Assembly (NCBI GenBank): GCA_964016885.1
Contig: OZ024740.1
Span: 171,864,001 to 171,928,000, forward strand
Direction: 5' to 3'
DNA length: 64,000 nucleotides
Source: Eledone cirrhosa
Lineage: Eukaryota
The number at the start of each line of letters is the position of its first letter. Position 1 is the first letter of the stretch. The notes under the pieces were generated by a model that saw nothing but the letters and a program-made list of their open reading frames with translations, was not told the DNA's origin and did no database searches. Positions 27,157 through 40,153 of the stretch are shown piece after piece. A program made the position numbers and the translations under genes.

Positions 27157-27755
27157 AATTAGAATTAGTGCTCTGAAATAGCCATATATATATGAATGTA
27201 TATATAGTGTATTTTGCAATACACTTTATGCTTAATTAAAAGCATTTTGAAGACCGTATGCTATTGTTTTAGAGTAGTGACAGACTCACTTACTTTAATT
27301 TCAGCAAACAGGGGGAGATAAAGCTGACAAGGCCTTGTTTCTGCATTTATTGATGCTTATCAAAGCCAACTACTCCCTCCCGTCTGCTGAAATTACGGAT
27401 GTTATGTTCTTATAGAATTCTAGTAAATAATCAGGAACTGATTATACAGAGCGGTTGCCGGTCAAGCAGAAATAAAAAATTAGAATTGGTGCTCTGAAAT
27501 AGCCATATATATATGAATGTATATATAGTGTATTTTGCAATACACTTTACTAGAATTCTATAAGAACATAACATCCGTAATTTCAGCAGACGGGAGGGAG
27601 TGGTTGGCTTTGATAAGCATCAATAAATGCAGAAACAAGTCCTTGTCAGCTTTATCTCCCCCTGTTTGCTGAAATTAAAGTAAGTGAGTCTGTCACTACT
27701 CTAAAACAATAGCATACGGTCTTCAAAATGCTTTTAATTAAGCATAAAGTGTATT
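27156..27755 (-). mobile_element. Sister retrozyme-like element (~321-bp unit; ~1.2 copies on - plus an inverted partial copy at 27546-27755) in (TA)n
   Basis: Direct repeat agaatt(a/g)gtgctctgaaatagcc at 27161 and 27482. Shares gagcggttgccggtc, gctctgaaatagc, cattttgaagacc and caggaactg with the 310-bp unit. Contains HHR variants at 27322-27367 (-) and 27606-27651 (+). Confidence 0.8.
27322..27367 (-). ncRNA. Hammerhead ribozyme variant with U3-A8 core
   Basis: Minus strand reads ggct-TTGATAA-gcat caataa atgc-a-GAAA-caaggccttg-TC-agct. Stem III is the palindrome ACAAGGCCTTGT. The motif is enclosed by the helix aatttcagcagacggg/cctgtttgctgaaatt. Confidence 0.7.
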
Positions 27756-27758
27756 TAC

Positions 27759-27860
<102 letters not shown>

Positions 27861-27969
27861 ACGTGTGTGTGTGTTTATGTGTGTGAATGTGTGTGGATGT
27901 GTGTTGTGTGTGTATATACATTCATAAACATTTATGCATGCATATATACATACATACATAAATACATGT

Positions 27970-28300
27970 GAAGGCGTAGAGCTTAGTGGTTAGAGCATTG
28001 GACATGCATTTATGAGGTTGTGAGTTCGATTCGCGAGCCGGATGATGCGTTATGTCCTTGAACAAGACACTTTATTTCACGTTGCTCCAGTTTACTCAGC
28101 TGTAGAAATGAGTTGCGATGTCTCTGTATCGGCCATTGACTTTCCGTTGCACAACACCGGTGGTGCGGAGAGGGGAGACTAGTATGCATTGGTGACTACT
28201 GGTCTTCTACAAACAAACTTGTCCGGACATACCTCGGAGGAGAACCTTTTAGGTGCAAATTCCACGGTCATTCGTGACCGCTGGGGGTGTTAACCCTCTA
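27970..28300 (+). mobile_element. Second tRNA-derived SINE family (related decayed copies near 16624 and 60520)
   Basis: agcttagtggttagagc (A-box), gagttcgattcgc (B-box), gtccttgaacaagacactt central block. Confidence 0.7.
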
Positions 28301-28853
28301 CCTATATGATGGCTGCAACTCGATTTCAAGTAACGTCATCGCTTGATACGTAAGCATTAGCACCACAAACGTGGCTTTTTAGTCCTGCTAGGGACTTGCC
28401 TATGGCCAGCAATACAATGCATACAAAAAATGTCACATATCAAGCGATACCTGTGCTTGAAGCTTGTTTAAGTGAAGAAAGGCTTTGCACGGGGTCAATC
28501 CCACTCTCTGAACATCGTTCCACAAAAAACCTATACATACATACATACATATTCTGATACATACAAGGTTACGTGTAGTGTAGGGTGGTAGTTTAAATGT
28601 TTCAAACATTCAAACAGTTGTTACACCGTTATCTCAAGTTATATTTTATGAGAAGGAATATATATATTTACGAAACTGATACACAGAAAAGAAAAGGAAG
28701 CATATAAAAATTAAAACGGCAACAAAAATATCATCGACAAGACCAACAAAAGCAACAACAAAAATAGGCTCAACTAGAACAAAGTATGAAATATAACATC
28801 AACAACAACATTGAATAGAGAAGCAATGAAATTTTACGTTAGAAGTTTAGGAG

Positions 28854-29074
<221 letters not shown>

Positions 29075-29210
29075 CCTTGATATTCGGGCAGGAGCCACGG
29101 ACAAACCATAACAATCTAAACACAACATCGGAATAACTATCACTATTTATATATATATATATATATACACACGCATACAAATATATATATATATACATAT
29201 ATACACACAC

Positions 29211-29336
<126 letters not shown>

Positions 29337-30523
29337 AGAAAAAGCCACAAAGCGAAACCATATAAGAGAAGAACACCAAGAAAAATAACTAAAACAACAT
29401 CAGCAACAACAACAGCAACAACACAGATTCCTCTTTTCTTCTCTTTCTTTTTCCTACTCATTTTCACATCCGGTTTACCATCAGGTTCACCTAGCATCAG
29501 GTTTTGAGATTGATGTTTTATTTATTTGTTCTTTTTTTAAATTTTCTGTTGTTTTCTTTCTATATTTTTTGTTCTTTTCTTTTGGTTTGTTAGGGTTTTA
29601 AACAACTTTTTCTCTTTTTTTTTTTATTTTTCGCCGACCATTGCGTTAATAACAGCAGCAACAAAATAACCACAACGAAGACGATTACTTCGACGACAAC
29701 TATGGCTTCTAAGATGACTACCAATGTCAATGATGATGATGATCATCATCATCATGACGATGAAGATCAGCAGCAGCAGCAGCAGCAGCAGCAGCATCAT
29801 AAGCAAGATCATCATCATGAACATAACGATTGGAATGGCAATGGATTCAACGTGGATGAACATGATGAGATTGATACAACGACGGCGGTGATGATGATTA
29901 TGAACATAACGATAATAACGATGGCGGGGATGATCGTCGTCCTCGTTGTCACGTTGTCGTATGTTAGATGGAGTTAAGGATGGTGGGGATAATGATGCCG
30001 AGGGGTGTGATATTTTAGATATACTGGCAAGAAAAAAAAGAGACAAAAGAAGAAAAAGAAGGAAGAAGAGAAGTGGGATGTAAAAATATAAGCCTCAGGT
30101 AGTTAATGTACATGATATGATAATTGCTTCATCTTGGTAAACAATAACCGTCTCGTGGCCAGACATATGTACACCGTTGGATTATAGTAACATACTCTTC
30201 TACGGCACTTATGCCAGTGTAACTATAGTTAAATAACTAGCAACAGGCAAATGCAAAAATGACCGGTAACTATTTCAACTGCATGTATTATATAATCAAA
30301 GAGCGGACTTTTAGACTTCTCCAATTAACAGATACCCTCAAGTCAGTATGTGGAATGGATTTGGGAGTTTTCTTTCACCCAGTTCTTTTATTACGTGCCC
30401 AGATACAAATTTCGGTATTTCAACGCTCATACAAAAGTATATTCACACACACACTTATATATATATTTTTCTTCCTCTTCTTATTCTCTATCTTTCTATT
30501 TCATATTTTATTTTTCATTCCAT

Positions 30524-30557
30524 CTTCTGATGAAAGACTAGTGTCCGAAACGTAAAC
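30524..30557 (+). ncRNA. Minimal hammerhead motif (PLE pLTR type)
   Basis: CTGATGA-aagac tagt gtcc-GAAA-cg-TA; stem III ACGT palindrome; stem I weak. Confidence 0.55.
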
Positions 30558-30740
30558 AAGCTTTTCTTACTATATCAAGCGTTAAATTAATATATTTCTT
30601 CATTGTACGGTGTTGTTTGCTTTGTTGTTTCTCTTTACTTTTCGTATATATGTATATATACATACTATAAGGATAGGGAACAAGGATTCAGTGTCGCATC
30701 ATAACATATTTAATAACATATTACATATGTTTTACTATCG

Positions 30741-30897
<157 letters not shown>

Positions 30898-31353
30898 GTG
30901 TGTGTTTGTATGTGTGTGTAAAACAAATAAAAATGATAAAAATAAGTTTTGCATAGTTTAATTCTTACAATTGTTTCAGTAGAAGGCTTATTCTCAAACG
31001 TATGACAAGGCAGATTTGAGAGAATGATTTATGAGTACTTACAGTCTTTAAAAATACATAATGTAGTATATAATGTATGAACATGAAGTGAGACAGCCAA
31101 CTAGTAGGGGGGGGGGGGTAGCGAATGGAAATTCTTAATATAGATGCGGGTCTAGTTTACGTATTAAAAATACAGGTTAAAAGATAAATAATAACAAATG
31201 AAAAGTTTAGGTTGGATCGTATCTTTTGAAAAATGAGTATGCTAAGGAATGAGGACATGCTATTATGAGCTCATTCCTTTGATTCAAGAGCCTAGATAGT
31301 GGTTTCAGTCCCGTTACTTTTCAGACAGACCTCGTATATATAAATATATATAA

Positions 31354-31395
<42 letters not shown>

Positions 31396-31767
31396 GAATG
31401 TATGTATAGTACATTTGATAATATACTGTATGTTTAATATATATGCCACCAGCTTTTTTAATTAACAACACAACATTTCGGATCTGGGGATATCAACGAA
31501 TTAACAAGGTATATAATTTATGGAAATCATCTGCAGACAAACTTCTGTATATTTTCGCGTTGAAAAGTCCTTTTCATACCAAACTACCTGAAACCGCTCA
31601 AGGTTCTATGATACAACTGTTTATTTGTGAGTGTTGTGTATGTGTATATTTACTTGTAACTCCTGGTGGAGTCGTAGGGCCGCAGTTGTGACATACAGCA
31701 TTTCTTGGGCATTTAAACAAACTTAGCATCTCCACCTCGGGTTTAAACACACCAGATTCCTTCCAGA

Positions 31768-31906
31768 GAAGAAGAAGAAGAAGAAGAAGAAGAAGAAGAA
31801 GAAGAAGAAGAAGAAGAAGAAGAAGAAGAAGAAGAAGAAGAAGAAGAAGAAGAAGAAGAAGAAGAAGAAGAAGAAGAAGAAGAAGAAGAAGAAGAAGAAG
31901 AAGAAG
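31768..31906. repeat. (GAA)n microsatellite
   Basis: Seen directly. Confidence 0.95.
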
Positions 31907-32639
31907 ATTGACCTCGAATGGGTGAAAGCACTGTTAGCCTCAGTGAAGCTTGAACCCACCGCACAGAGAGCCAGAACGAAAATACCGCTCTGCCAATTCA
32001 CAGCCATTTTAAAGTGTTTATATTTATCTAAAATGTTTCCATGATAAGTATATGTAAGAACCTCTCTTATGTAATGTTCCAAACACCAGCCTAATAATGA
32101 AAAATTTGATTATATTACAAAATCCCTCCAATTCACGATTATTTTCAAAATTATTTGAAAATCATAGGCAGTACCTTTCATTAGAAATATGGTAATGGAA
32201 GGGATAAACAAAACAAAAAAAAACCGATACATCATACGTATCAACCTTATCTGAGATACGATCCCACCGACTGAGAATCATAATTTAGCACCGTAACCAA
32301 TATAAAACTTAATCCTCGCATTGTCAGACCGATTGAAGATTAGCCGGAAAACATGCTGTGATGGCATTTCATATTTTAACTACAGTTCTTGTACTTATTG
32401 AATATAATTTCATAAATATTTTAGTTTGAATTCAACTGAACAATTAAAATATTTGAATCGGTTTGTGAGAAAGCAGTGGGATTCAAATGGTTGTTGGCGG
32501 ACAATGACTACTCCTCCTTAAGTGACATATGGCCTTTATATCCGTCTAGTTTCCGTAGAGCGAGTACAGTGCTAACAGTAGTGTTTTATGGCAACGATGG
32601 TGATATGTAGTGTCGTTAAGATCATAGTGCTGTTAGCTG

Positions 32640-32761
32640 TGGTAGTAGTATTGACGTTGTTGTTGTTGTTGGTGGTGGTGGTGGTGATAGGGGTGTTGTT
32701 GTTTTTGTTGTTGTTGGTCGTGGTGGTGGTGGTGGTGGTGATAGGGGTGTTGTTGTTTTTG

Positions 32762-32793
<32 letters not shown>

Positions 32794-32920
32794 GGTGATG
32801 ATAGGGGTGTTGTTGTTTTTGTTGTTGTTGGTCGTGGTGGTGGTGGTGGTGGTGGTGGTGGTGGTGATAAGGGTGTTGTTGTTTTTGTTGTTGGTGGTGG
32901 TGGTGGTGGTGGTGGTAGTG
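32640..32920. repeat. (GGT)/(GTT) minisatellite
   Basis: Recurrent gataggggtgttgttgtttttgttg...ggtggtggt units. Confidence 0.85.
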
Positions 32921-33662
32921 AGAGTAGTGGCTAAGCTGTTGGCCCTAATAGTAATGATATGCCAGTTTAAATGATGCAATGGTAGGAGCATTACTACTGA
33001 AATAGTGATGATGAGAGGAGTGTGATAGGAAATCAGTCAACTAGTACGGCAAATTGTGTGCAAGAAGGTTGACAATAGGATACAAAAAAAACTCTTGGTA
33101 GTTTTCCGGGATCCGGAAGGTGGTTTAGTGGTCCTCTGTAGTAACTGAGTACTAAGTTCAATAGTTGTTATGCACTCGACTAGACTACAGACTGCACTTC
33201 ATTTTCCAGCCAGAAATCTTGAGACTATTCCACCCAAAGCCATTTATAATGTATGTTTGTATGTATGTCTCGTTTTCTTAATTTTGAGCTTATTTTTGAC
33301 CGACCACTTTTGCTGTGACAAAGTTGTAAAGAAAAGGAATTTTCTGTTGTCCCCATTGCAATAGTTCATCTTTTGAATCTTAAGAATCTTTTACAGATTT
33401 AGATGGTTCCAAATATTGTGACCATTTGTAGCTTATAAATTAGGGAGCTGATTACTTATTACAAAAATACAACTCCAGACAAAAATACTTTAGTCCAGGC
33501 GGGTTAATATATATCTTGTAGATCCAACAATAATAAGTATGAAACTGAATGTAGATATCCGTAGATACCCCCCTTCTCTTATATAATCCTTACTATACTG
33601 ACATCAATTGGATAACTGACTCCTACAACAGAGCGTATTTTTAAGGTGTGATCCCAAACAAC

Positions 33663-33850
33663 AATGGTTTCTGATTTAGGCACAATGCCAACAATTTTAA
33701 GGGAAGGGAAAGTCGATTAAATAGACCCAGTGTATTACTGGTACTTTATTTTATCGAACCTGTAAGGATGAAAGGCAAAGCTAACCTCAGCGGAATTTGA
33801 ACACAGGCCGTAAAGGGCCATAACTCTATGCCGCAAAGCATATTGTCCGC
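33663..33850 (-). mobile_element. tRNA-derived SINE
   Basis: Same family body on -. Confidence 0.8.
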
Positions 33851-34642
33851 AGGCAGGTTGTGTTTTAATTTGGTGGCAGTTTTTATTTTTAGGTTCTACC
33901 AATATTCCTTTAGCTATCAGTTTCAATATATTCATCATTATTTAATCATATTTTCGTCGCCCGTAGTGCATTCCAAATGTTTATGGTTTCCATGTAATGT
34001 CTCATTGGAAGGTAGTAACAAGAAGACATATGTATGTCCGTATGTGTATAGGTATGTATGTGTGTGTATAGGTATGGATTATATCAAGCGTAAAACTAAT
34101 AGTATATTTCTTCATTCTACTGTGTCGTTTGCTTTGTTATTTCTGTTTGCCTTTTGCATATGTATGCGTATGAATGTATGTATGTATGAATATGCACATG
34201 TACATATGTATGTATATGTATATGTGTATATACATGGGTGCATGTGTATGTATATGCGCTGGGACATAGAAACAGTCGGACTGGACACCCGATCGTGCCG
34301 TTAAGCCACTGGGAGTGAAGGAATCCTAGCCTTTCTCAGGGCATACTTCTAGGAGAAGGCAACTCAGGAAACTGGGATAACGCCGATATAAAACCCCTGC
34401 GGCTCAGTAGTTACCGATGATGTTGATCTTTTCTTCTTTTCAGGTTATAGCTACTGTCGCTCAGAGAGTGGGATTGGCTCAGTGCACAGTCTTTCCTCAC
34501 TTTAAAAAAATCTTCACGCACAGGCATTGCACGATAGAATTAATTAATAATTATTAATAATGGCATATCGTGCAATGGCCATACTCGATAACGAGGGGGC
34601 AGCCATCATCACATCATGTATGTATGTATGTATGTATGTATG

Positions 34643-34673
<31 letters not shown>

Positions 34674-36028
34674 GTGCGTGTATAAATTGTTGAATACGCT
34701 TCAGTGAATAGGTTCAACAAAACAATCATTCGCTTAGCTCTTATTTTAATAGTTTAGTCTTGGGAAGGAAATGTGACGCACTATAAAGACTTGTGTGAGG
34801 TCGTACTTTAATTTTCAATAATAATCTTAAGAATGGTTTCTAATACAAGACCAAAAATTTAGGAGCTGAAATCAGTCGACTAACTCATCCCAACTACTGG
34901 TCTGGGACAGAAATGTTGTCGACTGTTAAGATTATTATTGAAATCGCACACAAGTCTTTATTGTGAGTCAAATTTTCATTGGTTGATGGTCTGTATTCAA
35001 ATCCACCAGAAGGCGTACAGTTGTTTCATAGTAGTGACATGGCAGAACATCTATAGAACATCTATAGAACATCTATAGAACACTGAATAAAATGCCTTGC
35101 ATCCCTTTATGTTCTGATTTCAAATCGCCCCGGATCAATTATTAATTAATCAAAATCCTTTCCTACAAATATATGATCTGGTGTGTTTGTTAGCAAGCAT
35201 TGTCAGGTGATAGTAGCTTCTCGGTGAGAGGGGTGTTCTAGACAGCTACAACTAATTTTTTGCCAACTAAGTTGACTGGAGTAGCGTGAAGTTTAGTGTC
35301 TTGTTCAAGGATACAACGTGCCGCCGGTAATTGAATACATCATCTTGCACCGAACTCCCTAAACACTAACAATACCCCCACACGTCTCAATACCTTCTGC
35401 ATATGACATAGTGAATAAAACTGGTAGTCCAAACTGGGCCATGTTGAATGTTACTGGTTTATAACATGGACCTGGGTGAGATATGGACTAAGAGTGAAGA
35501 GGGATGAGAATGTGTTAACATGTACATCATTCCCGAAAGGTGTAAGCAGGGCCTCAAAGAGAAATTTTGCAAGGCGGTACAAGACCTCTCTGGGGTCCGA
35601 AGCAGGCAAACATTTTTCTCAAAATGGATCTTGCATGGTTGCTGTGGCACCTTCTTAGCTCTTGGGCCGCGGAACAAAGTACCGACTGGACCCCCCCCCC
35701 CCTCTCATAAGCCCTGGGTATAAGTACCATACGTAAAGATGAATTACTCGAAGAACTAAAACTGAATTGTAGCCACGACGTCCATTTTTTTATATAGCAT
35801 TTGTTTTATTTTATTTATTTTATTTTACCAGGTTTGAAATGTCTAGAAATTCATGCTTCTATTATTTTTTTCTTGGTCACCAGTTTGTTTGCTAATGTAT
35901 GTCTTATCTCTTTGATAAAGTTGGAGCTGGTGGTGTAGGTAGTGTTAGGATTAACTTCTTTTATTGCATACACTAACCAACCAACCGACCGGAAGTTAGT
36001 CCGTCCAGAAAGTATGAGGTGTGTGTTT

Positions 36029-37245
<1,217 letters not shown>

Positions 37246-37462
37246 TATATATATATCTATATAAATGTATGGGTATGTGTATGTGTATGTAAGTATATAT
37301 ATACATATATATATATTATCTCTCGCCCTTTCTCCCCCCTCTCTCGCTCTCTATTTTTCTCTTTATATATATATATATATATATAATGACACTGACATAT
37401 CTGTGTGATTAAGAGGTTCTTTTCGCAAACACGAGGCTCTGTGTTCAGTCCCACTGCGTGGA

Positions 37463-37536
<74 letters not shown>

Positions 37537-37539
<3 letters not shown>

Positions 37540-37857
37540 AACTCTGGATGTCGGTGAGCATATCCAGCTAACCTCAGTCTCCTCTGTGTCACTTTTGAGC
37601 TGACTTTTGGGATGCTCCCATACAGCTCTGAGTTTTTCATCCTCAGTGTATACTCATTACAGTTGACATTGCACACAGTGCTCCTGTGGGAGCCCTTACA
37701 TGGACACACTAGAAGAGGAAGACCAAGGTTAACGTATGTCGATGCCCTAAGGACAGACACTGGTCTGTTGGAGACGCAGGACATGGCAGCGATAATGAGG
37801 GACAGAGACCGCTGGAGAGAACTCGTCCATGGATCTCGGGAATTTTACCCGCCTTAA
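37537..37857. mobile_element. RTE-like LINE 3' end with 5' inversion
   Basis: Minus strand NSELYGSIPKVSSKVTQRRLRLAGYAHRHPEL abuts plus strand VLLWEPLHGHTRRGRPRLTYVDAL...MRDRDRWRELV. These are consecutive RTE C-terminal motifs on opposite strands. Confidence 0.8.
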
Positions 37858-38077
37858 ATATATATATATATATATATATATAGTTTTAATATAGATGAGA
37901 TTCTACAGGACTAGAACTGTTTCATTCATTAGAAATCATCAGGATGATTCCTGATGATTTCTAATGAATGAAACAGTTCTAGTCCTGTAGAATCTCATCT
38001 ATATTAAAACTGTTATACTCTGCTATGTATTGAGTACCTTACTTACTGTGGTTACCTCCGATTCAACCCGGAATAAC

Positions 38078-38114
<37 letters not shown>

Positions 38115-38272
38115 GAATTTTATTAGTATTTTATTTCAATGCCAATGTTGAACAAATGGGTGACTATTGGTCATCGGCACAGCACACCTTTCATCGGCCC
38201 ATTTGTTTACAAACGAATCGAATATTATTATCAATCGATATAACCAATGTGTATAATATATGTATTTATGTG

Positions 38273-38364
<92 letters not shown>

Positions 38365-38664
38365 TTCAAAATATTAACAAAAATAGACATTCGTGTGACC
38401 AAGTATATTTTATTATACATATTTCAGAGGTACTGAGCTATCTTCAACAGTACGTCCTCATCAGATGAAATAAGATGACTGTTGAAGATAGCTCAGTACC
38501 TCTGAAATATGTATAATAAAATATACTTGGTCACACGAATGTCTATTTTTGTTAATATTTTGAATTAATATTAATAACTCCGGAAAACCATTTTACTTGT
38601 TGAGTGCTTCCAATCTATTGTAAAACTCATTCTTTGATTTATTCATTGAATCTTGTTTAACCTT

Positions 38665-38713
<49 letters not shown>

Positions 38714-39272
38714 GTACGTGTGCATACTTACACACAGACACACATACATTCACACACACGCACATACATACACACACGCATAAACACAAAAATAACGGAA
38801 AAGCAGTTCCTTCTTCTCAGTCAGTCTCTGGAAATCACTACAGTTTCAGTATATTACGGTTGATACTATTTATTTCAGGGCACACTGGGACGCAACAAAA
38901 CAGGCAGAGACAAAGACAGGAGTTATGTCTTCCGGCGGATTACACAAATTCAGACGAAGAAAAAAAAAAGAAATATGGCATAGCACAAACCCAAAGGCAT
39001 CGACTGAAAAAGAAAGGAAAGGGTGTCTGAGGGCTGAGTCAAAGGAGAAATAATATAGAAATGAGAGAAATAATAACAAAAAAAGGAATAATGTGGACGT
39101 TGGTCCAACGTACAGGTAACGTATATTGACACAGAGGTGTAGTAAAGGTAGGAATGGAGAATAGCGGAAGACTGATCGGACAGTGTCACGTCTATTATAT
39201 GATAGGTTAAAAAAAAAGGCTTGTGGCTAAGACGTTCGAAGAGGAATACAAAACAGGGGGCGCACAGGATAC

Positions 39273-39329
<57 letters not shown>

Positions 39330-39336
39330 TCTCTCT

Positions 39337-39387
<51 letters not shown>

Positions 39388-39815
39388 TTCGTGTATGTGC
39401 GTGTGTCTTCGTGTGTGTGTTCGTGTGTGTTCGTGTGTGTGTGTGTGTGTGTTTGCTATAGTATGATCACTTTTATTAAGAATTTTTCAAATTATATGTT
39501 AGTATTTTATACTTAAGTTTTGAACAGTAACGTTACTATGTCTGAGTGTATTCACGTTTCGAAGCCTTCGCGGTTCCATCTTTGGAATCAGAATGGACAT
39601 ATTACTGGCGTATTGTTCAATTGCTTAGCAGTGGTCGTGAAGTTTCATGGGTACAGTAGGAGATCGTTGACGCCTGATTTTAAATATCTCGCTGGTTGAA
39701 CCATATATGGATCAATGAATAAAACAATAAAAGGATGCGCGTGTGACTGATATATATATATATATATATATATGTATATGTATATTTATATATGTGTGTG
39801 TGACTGATGTATATA

Positions 39816-39883
<68 letters not shown>

Positions 39884-40117
39884 ATATATATATATGTGTT
39901 CTGAGCTTAATCTCTCCGCTGTATGTTCTTCGCTCTTCAGCCATTTGGCTCTGTGTACTTTTAGAGGAAATTTTAAAATAAAAATGTAATTTCACCAATA
40001 AATTTGTACTTATAGCGCAGTTTCATTTTGGTAAAGAAATATATATCAATTAAGATAATTAATTAATAAATTTAGACTTCAAAACTCACCAGTTAGCAAT
40101 AAACTTATAACACTTTT

Positions 40118-40150
<33 letters not shown>

Positions 40151-40153
<3 letters not shown>

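Noticed and set aside
29702-29977. PolyQ/H/D ORF resembling a transcription-factor exon
   Set aside because: It consists of degenerate trinucleotide repeats with no domain and no clear splice context.
32572-32991. Mucin-like T/N-rich ORF
   Set aside because: It is a GGT/GTT minisatellite open on both strands.
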